Assembly (NCBI RefSeq): GCF_963921235.1
Contig: NC_086101.1
Span: forward strand, 9,054,001 to 9,118,000
Direction: 5' to 3'
Length of the DNA: 64,000 bases
Source: Mobula hypostoma
Taxonomy: Eukaryota
In this document: positions 49,795 through 61,244 of the stretch, one piece after another
How the letters are laid out: each line of letters begins with the position of its first letter
Numbering within the stretch: position 1 is the first letter of the stretch
The notes under the pieces: model-generated
The model's input: only the letters and a program-made list of their open reading frames with translations
Database searches by the model: none
Told to the model about the DNA's origin: nothing
Made by a program: the position numbers and the translations under genes

Positions 49795-50806
49795 GTCCCA
49801 GGACCGGCGTCAAAGTAACTCTGTGTCAATATCAGTGTGTAGAGAGTAAAATAAACACTAATTATAGATCCATTAATTTTAATGTGTTCACTGCATCCAC
49901 CAACGGAACAGAAATACCACGTATTCAGTAGCAGCCGCGGGCTATGAGTGTTGAGCTGCCCGGATCCTAAACTCCACCTACAATGTGACAGGTTCAGTTG
50001 GACAAGCGGTGGTGGTGCTGACTGGGAAGGTCAAGGTGAATGTTAGGGAATGGCCAGGCAACGCTGGAAACACACAAAGCGCCGGAAATTCTCAGCGAGA
50101 CAGGCAGGATGGGAATGGAAAATGAACAGTTACCATTTCGGCTCGAGTTCCTTCATCTCGGCTGAAAGAGGGGAGATGGTCGGTAGGGAAAGGTGGAGTA
50201 ATAGCTGGCAGCTGATCCAGGGGAGGGAGGGGTGGAGTGTGGGAATGTGTCAGAAGCTGGGAGGTGAGAGGTGGCAGGGACAAAGATGATGGAATCTGGT
50301 CGGAGAGGAAGGTGGAGCCTGGAATAAAGGGAGGGGTGGGGAGGAGTGTGTGGGGGATGAGCAGATGGGGAGGGTGGGGGAGGAGAGGAAGGAGAGAGGG
50401 TGATGGGGGCTGATGGATCACGAAGAGAGAAAATTAAAAGGAAAAGTGACAGAGGAGGAGCAACTACCGGAAGTCAGAGAATTCAATGTTCATGTCGGCA
50501 GGTTTCAGGCTGCCCCAGTGGAACATGATGAGCGGTTCCTCTAATTGATGAGACAAGATCACAACGGGTGCCCACGTGGAATCAGTTATTCTGTTTTCGA
50601 CCCGTTTTATCCCCAGGAAATGCAGGAACAACAATAACAGATCAGTCAGGATCCACGGCGAGAGACACGGAGTTTGCGTTCCACGTCCATAACATCTTCA
50701 ATTCAAACGCTGCCTGGCCTCTGCGGAGTTCAAATATTTTCTGTTTATTTTTAGTTTTTCGAGCATCTGATTCAAATAAACGAACAAGCAAACAACAACA
50801 GATGGA

Positions 50807-52363
50807 CAACGCAAACACCAGGAATTCTGCAGATGCTGGAAATTCAAGCAACACACATCAAAGTTGCTGGTGAACGCAGCAGGCCAAGCAGCATCTATAG
50901 GAAGAGGTGCAGTCGACGTTTCAGGCCGAGATCCTTCGTCAGGACTAACTGAAGGAAGAGTGAGTAAGGGATTTGAAAGCTGGAGGGGGAGGGGGAGATG
51001 CAAAATGATAGGAGAAGACAGGAGAGGAGGGATGGAGCCGAGAGCTGGACAGGTGATAGGCAGAAGGGGATACGAGAGGATCATGGGACAGGAGGTCCGG
51101 GAAGAAAGACGGAGGGGGTGGGTGACCCAGAGGATGGGCAAGAGGTATATTCAGATGGACAGAGGGAGAAAAAGGAGAGTGAGAGAAAGAATGTGTGCAT
51201 AAAAAAGAGTAACAGCTGGGGTACGAGGGGGAGGTGGGGCCTAGCGGAAGTTAGAGAAGTCAATGTTCATGCCATCAGGTTGGAGGCTACCCATACGGAA
51301 TATAAGGTGTTGTTCCTCCAACCTGAGTGTGGCTTCATCTTTACAGTAGAGGAGGCCGTGGATAGACATGTCAGAATGGGAATGGGATGTGGAATTAAAA
51401 TGTGTGGCCACTGGGAGATCCTGCTTTCTCTGGCGGACAGAGCGTAGATGTTCAGCAAAGCGGTCTCCCAGTCTGCGTCGGGTCTCACCAATATATAAAA
51501 GGCCACATCGGGAGCACCGGACGCAGTATATCACCCCAGTCGACTCACAGGTGAAGTGATGCCTCACCTGGAAGGACTGTTTGGGGCCCTGAATGGTGGT
51601 AAGGGAGGAAGGGTAAGGGCATGTGTAGCACTTGTTCCGCTTACACGGATAAGTACCAGGAGGGAGATCAGTGGGGAGGGATGGGGGGGACGAATGGACA
51701 AGGGAGTTGTGTAGGGAGCGATCTCTGCGGAATGCAGAGAGAGTGGGGGAGGGAAAGATATGCTTAGTGGTGGGATCCCGTTGGAGGTGGCGGAAGTTAC
51801 GGAGAATAATATGTTGGACCCGGAGGCTGGTGGGGTGGTAGTTGAGAACCAGGGGAACCCTATTCCTAGTGGGGTGGTGGGAGGATGGAGTGAGAGCAGA
51901 TGTACGTGAAATGGGGGAGATGCGTTTAAGAGCAGAGTTGATAGTGGAGGAAGGGAAGCCCCTTTCTTTAAAAAATGAAGACATCTCCCTCGTCCTAGAA
52001 TGAAAAGCCTCATCCTGAGAGCAGATGCGGCGGAGACGGAGGAATTGCGAGAAGGGGATGGCGTTTTTGCAAGAGACAGGGTGAGAAGAGGAATAGTCCA
52101 GATAGCTGTGAGAGTCAGTAGGCTTATAGTAGACATCAGTGGATAAGCTGTCTCCAGAGACAGAGACAGAAAGATCTAGAAAGGGGAGGGAGGTGTCGGA
52201 AATGGACCAGGTAAACTTGAGGGCAGGGTGAAAGTTGGAGGCAAAGTTAATAAAGTCAACGAGCTCAGCATGCGTGCAGGAAGCAACGCCAATGCAGTCG
52301 TCGATGTAGCGAAGGAAAAGTGGGGGACAGATACCAGAATAGGCACGGAACATAGATTGTTCC
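50807..52363 (-). mobile_element. Young 5'-truncated Penelope-like element with 12-bp TSD
   Basis: Open frame from the truncation to the stop at 51241: FLRYIDDC (RT) and GVIYCVRCSRCGLLYIGET..RFAEH (GIY-YIG); ACAACAGATGGA at 50795-50806 and 52364-52375. Confidence 0.95.
50910..50947 (-). ncRNA. Minimal type I hammerhead ribozyme, intact core
   Basis: Minus strand UAGUC-CUGACGA-AGGAUCUCGGCCU-GAAA-CGUC-GACUG: stem I, CUGANGA, stem II AGG/CCU, GAAA and a GUC cleavage triplet. Confidence 0.8.
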
Positions 52364-52377
52364 ACAACAGATGGATC

Positions 52378-52675
52378 TGACACACGAGAGTCTGCAGACG
52401 CTGGAAATCCAGAGCAACACAAAATGCTGGAGGAACTCGGCGGGTCCGGCTGCATTTATGAAAGGAATAAACAGACGATGTTTCCCGCCGAGAACCTTCA
52501 TCGGGACTGGGAAGGAGGGGGGATAAAGTCGGAATAAGGCGGGGGAGGGTAAGGAGTACAAATGACATGTGAAAGATACGCCAGGTGAATCGGCTGGGGG
52601 ATTGGGGGAGGGAGCATGAAGGAAGAAGATGGGAGGTGACAGGTGGACAAGGTGAAGGGCTGAAGAGACTCTGAT
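52378..52675 (-). mobile_element. Older Penelope terminal repeat
   Basis: CTGCAGACGCTGGAAATCCAGAGCAACACAAAATGCTGGAGGAACTC; degenerate hammerhead (CCGAUGA) at ~52472-52509. Confidence 0.8.
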
Positions 52676-52695
52676 GGTTTTTTTTCCGGCTCTTC

Positions 52696-52728
52696 CTGCA
52701 GTACCGGTTCCCAGCAGCAGGTGGGGAT
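52696..52728 (+). promoter_or_regulatory. CTCF-like site with upstream motif (inverted paralogue of 21846-21878)
   Basis: CTGCAGTACC-GGTTCCCAG-CAGCAGGTGGGGAT; the core ends GG rather than CG. Confidence 0.5.
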
Positions 52729-53639
52729 CCTCGCCGTGAAACTGATCTTTGCACAGCTCGCTATCCCCATCTCCTGGTTGAAAGCGGTACCGCCATGAAC
52801 TGAACGTCCAAACATTTATCAGCCGGATTGGCGGAATCCCGAGTTCAGAGCATTAACAACGATGTCTGAGGTTGAGGGTCACATGGTGGCGTACCCCTTT
52901 CCTCTCTTAACCCACCTCCCATGTGATCCTCAACCTCAGTCCTTTCCTCTCACTCACTCTCCAGCCCTGTCAATCTCACTGGGCGACAAAAGACCCCCAT
53001 GCAGGTATCAAAGGTCACACGCAGTTCTCAGTGTGGGTTTCTTTCTGCCCCTCAGTCACTCAGTGTTCCAGTGCCCCTTTCGCCCCATTCATCACTCAGC
53101 CTCACTCAGATGATCATTTGGGACAGTTGTGTCACCCAAGCAAGGGTTGTATCACCCACTCGGGTGGGAAGCAGAGCCCAATGCAGGGGTCACAGGAAGG
53201 AACCACGTAGCAAACAGGGTGCAGCACAGGGAGGGGTGGGCAAGTTCTGGAGGCATGAGGTCTGAGGAAGGGTGCACAGAAGGTAAGGGGCAGGGGAAAT
53301 CCCGAGGGAGAGGACAACTGGGATCAAAGTTGAGGGAGGATTCAGATGAAATTGGGTGTAAGTGCAAGGGAAGACAAGGCCTGGATAAAGGTAGATGTCT
53401 GAGCTCACGTGTCTGTGCGTGTGCGTGTGGCAGAGAAAGAGAGAGAAAGCCTGAGACATCTTCTCTGCTTTCCAGGTAGATGCAGGCTCAGCACTGGTCC
53501 ACTTTTTCCATCTGTTTCAAAACTAATAGAAAGATGCTCACTGGGGCAAAGTCTTCTGCACTGACACAGCCTCACTTACTGGGAGGCGGTCATCTGTAAT
53601 CGCTTCTCTAGTCAAACTATCTACATATATCTTGTCAAA

Positions 53640-54165
53640 ACATTATTCTGTCTGGGTAGCCTCCAAACTGATGGCATGAACATCAATTTCTCGAACTTCC
53701 GGTAATGGCCACACCCTCACCATTCCCCATTCCCATTTCGCTCTTTCACCTTGTCTCCTTTCCTGCCCATCACCTCCGTCTGGTGCTCCTCCACCTCTCC
53801 TTTCTTCCATGGCCTTCTGTCCTCTATCAGATTCCCCCTTCTCCAGCCCTTTATCAATGTCACCAGTCTCTTTCCCAGCTCTTTATTCACCACTCCGCCT
53901 CTCCTGGTTTCACCGATCACCTACAACCTTGTATTTCTTCTTTCCCTCCCCTCACCTTCTTACTCTGACTTCTCATCTTTTTTTTTCCAGTCCTGACGAA
54001 GATCTGATCTTCACTTGCTTGAAGCTTTGGTGAGGTCATGTTTGGAGTGTTGTGGAAACACAAGAGTCAGCAGAGACAGGGCTTTGATGCAGAATCTCAG
54101 CCTAAAATGTCGACTATCACTTTTCCTGTAGAGATGCTACCCGACCTGCTGAGTTCCTCTATCGG
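53640..54165 (+). mobile_element. Penelope 3' end / terminal repeat fragments
   Basis: CTGGGTAGCCTCCAAACTGATGGCATGAACATC, pyrimidine tract, truncated CAGTCCTGACGAAG. Confidence 0.75.
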
Positions 54166-54399
54166 CTTCTTTTTGTCTTTGGAGTACCGAGTATTTTTCT
54201 GTGCATTGTATGTTTGACGGTCTTCTTTCTTTTGGGTTCTGTTGGGTTTCTTTATTTTGTGGCTGCCTGTGAGGATGCAGGAAAAGGGAGGTGGGGTGTG
54301 CGTGATATAGAGTGTATACAGAAAGAGTTTAATTTGGTCTCGTGGTCAGCACAGGCACAGTGGGACCAGGTTACTGAGGGAACTGGGAAAATACATTGT

Positions 54400-56890
54400 G
54401 AAGGCTCTGACCACAAAGATTAAACAAGGGTGGATACAACTCTCTGTGAGAAACCCCCGGTCACAGCTCTCTGACCCGAGGAGTATCAGGCATAGGGAGG
54501 AGTACAGTGAAGAGAGAAATCAAGAGGATAGGAGGAGAACACGTGATAGCTCTGTCAGATAATTTGAATGACATTCATGAGGTGCTACAGGCACATTGAG
54601 ATTTAAAGAGCAATTAGTGAGAGAACAGATTTCCTTAAGCACTGATGTGGCTATCAACCGGTGGAACAGCTTGGGAGGGGAGTGGCCTGAAATCAATATT
54701 TCCCATCTCTATTTCCCAGGAAAAACGTCACGGGATCCACGGAATGAAGGAAAATGAACATTAATAATTGGAAAATCTCACATTACAGAAGAGTAGGCAC
54801 TGGTGATCTTAAAGCCAATTAAAGTGGATCAAGTTTATCTGAAAACATCACCCGAACTGGTCAAAATTACTGGGGTCTTGGCAGAGAAATTTACTACACA
54901 CTTAGCCACAGGTGAGGGGCCGGACGACTGGAGGGTGGCTCAAGGACACAACTTGAGAAGGGCTGGAAGGACAATCCAGGGAACTCCAGGCCGCTGAGCC
55001 TCACATCTGTGATGGGAAATTTTCTGAGAGACAGGATCAGACTGAGTTTGACCAGAAGACCACAAAACACAGGAGCAGAATTTCACCAACAATCCACCAT
55101 GGCTGACTTATTTACCCTCTCAATCCTATTCTCCTACCTTCTCCGACAACTTGACGCCCTTACTAATCAAGAACCCCTCAACATCAACTTTAAATATACT
55201 CAATGACTTGGCCCCCACATCTCTCTATGACAATGAATTCCAGTTTCACAATCTTCTAGCTAAAGAAATTCCCCCTCACCACTGTACAAAAGGGATGTAT
55301 TTGTATTATGGGTCTGTGCACCTTGGTCCTCGACTCTCCCACTATTGGAGTCATCCTCTCCAACTCCACTCTCTGTAGGCCATCCAATATTTGATTGGTC
55401 ACAATGAGATAACTCCTTATTTTTCTAAACTCCAGCAAAAGCAGGCACAGAACCATTAAATGCTTCTTCTAACTAACCCATTCTTTACCAGGATCATTTT
55501 TCTGAACTACCTCTGGACTCTCTCCAATGTCACCACATCCTTTCTGATACGAGGAGCCAAAACTGCTCACAATACTCCAAATGGAGTCTGACCAATGCCT
55601 TATCAAGGCTCAGCATTACATCTTTTCTTTTACATTCTTGTCCCCTCAAAATTAATGCTGACATTGCATTTGCCTTCCCGACTACTGACTCAGCCTGAAT
55701 GTTAACCTTTAGGTAATACTGCTCTAGGACTCCCAAGTCTCTGTCAACCTCCGATTTCTGAATTTGCTGCACATTTAATAGTTGATACCTTTATTCCCTC
55801 TACCAATGTGCACGACCATGTACTTCCCTGCACTATATTCCAGCTACCACTTCTTTGTTATTCTGCAATCTAAGGCCTACTGCAGACTCCCTGTTTCCTC
55901 AACACTACCAACCCCTCCAGCTATCTTTGTATTATCCACAAAACCAGCAATTCTGCCATCCATATCACTGACAAACAAAATGAAAAGTAGCGGTCCCAAC
56001 ACCGACCCCTGCGGACACCACTCGTCACCGGCACCCGACCAGTAAGGGACCTCTTTATTCCCTCTCTTTATCTCCTGAGAGTCAGTCAATCTTCTATCCG
56101 TGCTAGTATCTTTCCTGTAATTCCATGGACTCTCATCTTGTTTAGCAGCCTCATGTGCGGCTCCTTGTCAAATGCCTTCTGAATATCCAAGTAAACAACG
56201 TCTACTAACTCTCCTTTGTCTGTCCATCCTGTTATTTCCTCAAAGAATGCAACAGATTGGTCAGGCAAGATTTCTCCTGAGGGAAACCATGCTGATTTCA
56301 ACCTATCATATGCCTTTAATTACTCTCAAACCGCATCCTTAATAACAGACTCTAGCCAACCAGTGAAGCCAGAAGAAATCGCCTATAATTTCTTGTCTTT
56401 TGCCTCCCTCTTTTTTTAAAAAGTGCCAGTCGAGTGGCATTTGCAATTTTCCAGTCCCCCAAAAACACTCCAGATCTAGTGAAAACTGAAAGATTAGCAC
56501 TAATATCTCCACTATCACTTCAGCTACTTCTTTAAGAACCTCTGGGTCTCACTCATCCGGTCCAGGTGACTTGTCTACTTTCAGATCTTTGTGTTTTCCA
56601 CAGTCCTTCTCCATAGTGACAGTGACAACACTCACTTCTGTGTCCTGACACTCTCAAAATTCTGGCATACTGCTGGTGTCTTCCACAATGAAGACTGATA
56701 CAATGTACTTAATGACTTCGTCCACCATTTCCAATGTAACTTTCTCGTGGTCTGATATTCACTCTTACTTATCTGATAAAACTTTTGATATCCTCCTTTA
56801 TATTATTGACTAGCTAACATTCATATTTCATCTTTACTAACCTGTTTTTTTTCAGTTGCTTTCTGTTAGTTTTGAAAAGCTTCCCAATGC
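54400..56890. mobile_element. Decayed CR1 fragments (54400-55030 +, 55050-56890 -)
   Basis: TGEGPDDWRVA on plus; YLDIQKAFDKEPH, PQGSVLGPLLF and RLHLEYCEQFW on minus. Confidence 0.8.
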
Positions 56891-56994
56891 TCTCGCTCCC
56901 AACAGAGGACTTGTTCCCTTCCTGTTTCTCACTTCCACTCACACTGACTCAGTAGACAATCCCTCCACCACGTTCTCCATTGAGTCATTCAGCC

Positions 56995-57420
56995 CGGGAA
57001 CTGCTGCTGGAAGATCATCAACTCAGTGAGAGATGCTCTTTGTTCTGCCCGAAACCTGCTGGTCTCCCAGCACAGCCAGATGTCGCGAAGGGAACGCTGT
57101 CGACAGGCACAGTCCAGGCTGCAGGAGGACGTGCTGAGGGACACGGTGGCTCTCAGTGCAGCCAGTGGAAAGTCTCTGGGAGAGGACCACAGTCGAGACT
57201 CCTTCTGCTACCACACATGGAGGGCCTGGGTCAGGTGGGGAAGCCCCGTGAACACTGAAATTTGTAACATCCCCGAGGCGATCTGAATGGCAATGGTTCA
57301 AACAGTGTCAACACTACTGAATGTATTGACCATATGATGTTAAGAATGTCAAATATCATTTGAACTGTTTTAAACTTTTGTAGATATTTTATTATAAATA
57401 AAGCTTGATTTCATAAAACA
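56995..57420 (+). mobile_element. Tx1-type (L1 clade) LINE 3' end
   Basis: NCCWKIINSVRDALCSARNLLVSQH..SRLQEDVLRD resembles the Tx1 ORF2 C-terminus; AT-rich 3'UTR with AATAAA at ~57397. Confidence 0.7.
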
Positions 57421-57424
57421 TAAG

Positions 57425-59690
57425 TTTACAGGAATTCAGCAGGCCAGGCAGCATCTAAGGAAAAGAGTACAGTCAACGATTTGGGCCAAAACCCTTCATC
57501 AAGACCAGAGAGAAACAGATGAGGAGTCAGGGTTAAAAGTTGGGGGAGGGGAGGGAGAAACACAAGGTGACACCGGGAAGGTGGGAGGGGTGAAGTATAG
57601 AGCTGGGAAGTTGATTAATGAAAGAGATACAGAGCTGGAGAAGGGGAAATCCAATAGGAGTGGACAGAAGGCCATGGAAAAAAGGAAGGGGGAGGAGCAT
57701 CGGGGCAGGCTATGGGCAGGCAAGTACAGAAAGAAAGAGAGGGAAAAGAGAATGGGGAATGGTGAAGAAGGGGGTGAGAAATCGATGTTCATGCCATCAG
57801 GTTGGAGGATACCCAAGTAGAATGTAAGGTGTTGCTCCTCCAACCTGAGGGTGGCCTCATCACGACAGTAGAGAAGGCCATAGATTGACATGTCGGAATG
57901 GGAATGGGAAGTGCAATTAAAGTGGGTGGCCACTGGGAGATCCTGCTTTTTCTGGCAAATGGAGCATAGGTGCTCAGCGAAGCGGTCTCCCAATCTACAC
58001 CGGGTCTCACCGATGTACAAGACGCCACACCAGGAGTCACAGGTAAAGTGTCACCTCACCTGGAAGGACTGTTTGGGGCCCTGAATTGTAGTGAGGGAGG
58101 AGGTGTAACACATGTTCCATTTGCCAGGAGGGAGATCAGTAGGGAGGACCGAATAGGTAAGGGCGTCGCGTAGGGCATGAACCCTGTGGAAAGCAGTAAG
58201 TGACGGGGAGGGAAAGATGTGCTTGGCTGTGGGATCCTGTTGGAGATGGTGGAAGTTATGGAGAATCCTGTGCTGGACGCAGGAGCTGGTGAGGCGGTAG
58301 GTGATGACAAGAGGAACCTTATCTCTGGTGGGATGGCAGGAGGATGGGGTGTGGGCAGACATGTGCAAAATGGAAGTGATGCAGTCGAGGGCAGCTTTGA
58401 TGGTGGAGGAAGGGATGCCCCTTTCATTGAAGGAGGACATCTCCTCAATTCTGGAATGAAAAGCCTCATGTTGAGAGTAGATGTGGTGGAGAAAAAAGAA
58501 CTGAGTGAAGGGATGGCATTTTTACAAGTAACAGGGTGGGAAGAGACACAGTCCAGTTAACTGTGACAGTCCGTGGGTTTGTAACAGGCTTCAGTAAATA
58601 AGCTGTCTCCAGAGACAGAGACAGTGAGATCAAGAAAGGGAAGGGAGGTGTTGGAAATGGACCGGGTAAAGTTGAGGGCAGGGTGGAGGTTGGAGGCAAA
58701 GTTGATGAATTTGAAGAACTCAGAATCGGTGCAGGAAGCAACACCTCTGCAGTCATCAATGTAGCGCAGGAAAAGTGGGGGACAGACACCAGTAACATAA
58801 ACTGTTCCATGTAGCTGATAAAAAGGCAGACATAGCTGGGATCCTTGTGAGTACCATGGCTACCCCTTTTGTTTGAAGGAAATGGGAGGAGCGAAAGGAG
58901 ACATTACTGAGAGTGAGGACAAGTTCTGCCAGTCAGAGGAGAGCGGTGGTGGAGAAGTGGGTGGTTTTGGTGTCCAGAAAGAAATGGAGAGCTTTGAGGC
59001 CTTCCTGGTGGGGATATGCAGGTGTACAGGTACAGGACAACCAGAGTGAAGATCAGATGATTGGGGCCTGGGAACGTGAAATCATTGAAAAGATCCAGAG
59101 TGTGTGAAGTGCCACTGTTGTAGGTAGGAAGGGACTGAACCAAGAGGGATAAAACAGAGTCGAGGTATGCCGATATGAGTTCAGTGGGGCAGGAACAAGC
59201 TGAAACAATGGGTCTACCTGGACAGGCAGGTTTGTGGATCTTGGGTAAGAGGTAGAAAGGGGAGATAGGGGGTGCGGGAACTACGAGGTTGCAGGCGGTG
59301 GATGGGAGATCCCCAGAGCTTATAAAATTGGTAATGGTGTGGGAGACAGTGGCCTGGTGCTCCTTGGTGGTGTCCTGTTCGAGGGGTAAGCAGGAGGTGA
59401 CTGAGAATTGTCTCTGGGCCTGAACGGTAGAGGTCAGTACGCCAGACTACTGCAGCACCCCACTTATCTGCGGGTTTGAGGGTGAGGTGAGGATTAGTGC
59501 TGAGGGAGTGGAGAGCAGCGCGTTCGGAAGTAGTGAGGTTGGAATTGGAGAGAGGAGCGGTGAAGTGGAGATGTTGATGTCCCATCAGCAGTTGGCAATG
59601 AAAAGATCCAGAGAAGGCAGAAGACCCGAGCGGGGTGACCAGGGAGAGGAGAAGGGTCTCCCAGCAGCAGGAGGCGGGTAGCAGACAACA
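57425..59690 (-). mobile_element. Decayed longer Penelope-like element
   Basis: NPHLTLKPADKWGAAVVW (PLE RT N-terminal motif), YIGETRCRLGDRFAEH, terminal repeat with degenerate hammerhead at ~57470-57507. Confidence 0.9.
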
Positions 59691-60000
59691 GGCCCTGATC
59701 CCCGGCAGGGAAAGGCCAGGCACCCTCCGTATAGCTGGAACATCTCACGGAATCTCCTCACCGCCGCCACTGAAAAGATTCGCAGCCCCGGTCGGTGATG
59801 CAGCGGTTCCCAAGGTGCAGCTGCCTTTTTGCGGCCTGTCCCCGGATCGGAGCCACTCGCTCCCGGTGGCAATGGACGGCCCACTGGGCGGGGCTCACTC
59901 CTGGGCCGATGAGAGCCGGTCCTGCTGATTGACGGACCGTCTCCGTGAGCTGGAGGTTTCAGTCCGATGGAAGCGCCGAGTTTGTTCTCAGAGTCACAGG
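59690..60000. promoter_or_regulatory. CpG-rich non-TE island, possible promoter or first exon
   Basis: High CpG density, GC box GGGCGGGGC at ~59886, no recognisable TE motif, 3.6 kb upstream of the TRIM ATG. Confidence 0.35.
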
Positions 60001-60387
60001 AAGCTCCTGTCAGTAACTTTGTTTATCACCTGTGCATGTGAACTTTGCGTTAATGGACTCGGGCACAGTTCCTCCAGACTAACACCATTGACCACAAGTC
60101 ACCAGGACGGACTCGATGTACACGGTACAACACACACAAAATGCTGGAGGAACTCAGCAAGCCAGGCAGCATCTATAGAAAAAGGTACAGTCAACATTTT
60201 GGGCAGAGACCCTCCGGCCGGACTGGAGGGAAAAGCTGAGGAGTAGATTTTAAAAGTGGGGAAAGGGAGAGAGAAACACACAGTGATAGGTGAAACCTGA
60301 AGGGGAGGGATGAAGTAAAGAGCAGGGAACACACATCAATGTTGCTGGTGAACGCAGCAGGCCAGGCAGCATTTATAGGAAGAGGTA

Positions 60388-60425
60388 CAGTTGACGTTTC
60401 GGGCCGAGACCCTTCGTCAGGACTA
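60388..60425 (-). ncRNA. Minimal type I hammerhead ribozyme, intact core, one stem I mismatch
   Basis: Minus strand UAGUC-CUGACGA-AGGGUCUCGGCCC-GAAA-CGUC-AACUG. Confidence 0.72.
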
Positions 60426-60518
60426 ACTGAAAGAAGAGCTAGTAAGAGATTTGAAAGTGGGAGGGGGAGGGGGAGATCCAAAATGATAGGAGAAGACAGG
60501 AGGGGGAGGGATGGAGCC

Positions 60519-60811
60519 TAGAAACATAGAAAATAGGTGCAGGAGTAGGCCATTCGGCCCTTCCAGCCTGCACCAGCATTCAGTATGATCATGGCTGATC
60601 ATCCAACTCAGAACCCTGTACCAGCCTTCCCTCCATAACCCCTGATCCCTTTAGCCACAAGGGCCATATCTAACGCCCTCTTAAATATAGCCAATGAACT
60701 GGCCTCAATTGTTTTCTGTGGCAGAGAATTCCACAGATTCACCACTCCCTGTGTGAAGAAGTTTTTCCTCATCTCGGTTCTAAAAGGCTTCCCCTTTATC
60801 CTCAAACTGTG
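60519..60811 (-). mobile_element. Short CR1 3' fragment of the element C subfamily inserted in Penelope
   Basis: Nearly identical to ~37075-37360; the host rejoins as ATGGAGCC|AAGAGCTGG (compare 51032-51050). Confidence 0.92.
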
Positions 60812-61244
60812 AAGAGCTGGACAGGTGATTGGCAAAAAGGATATGAGAGGGTCATGGGACAGGAGACCCAGGGAGAAAGAAATGGGAGAGGGGGGAAAAC
60901 CCAGAGGATGGGCAAGGGGTATAGTGAGAGGGACAGAGGGAGAAAAAGGAGAGAGAGAGAGAGAATGTGTGTATATAAATAAATAACGGATGGGGTACAA
61001 GGCGAAGGTGGGGCATTAGCAGAAGTTTGAGAAGTCAGTGTTCATGTCATCAGGTTGGAGGCTACCCAGACCAAATATAAGGTGTTGTTCCTCCAACCTG
61101 AGTGTGGCTTCATCTTTACAGTAGAGGAGGCCGTGGATAGACATATCAGAATGGGAATGGGACATGGAATTAAAATATGTGGCCACTGGGAGATCCTGCT
61201 TTCTCTGGCGGACAGTGTGTAGGTGTTCAGCGAAACGATCGTCT

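Larger units (their letters stand above)
60128..61240 (-). mobile_element. Penelope 3' fragment (~60327-61240) abutting an older terminal repeat (60128-60326)
   Basis: Highly similar to 50850-51460; interrupted by a CR1 tail fragment. Confidence 0.88.

Noticed and set aside
52364..52455. N-terminus of the 404-aa Penelope ORF as a real start
   Set aside because: It lies beyond the TSD in an older terminal repeat; chance read-through into a 5'-truncated element.
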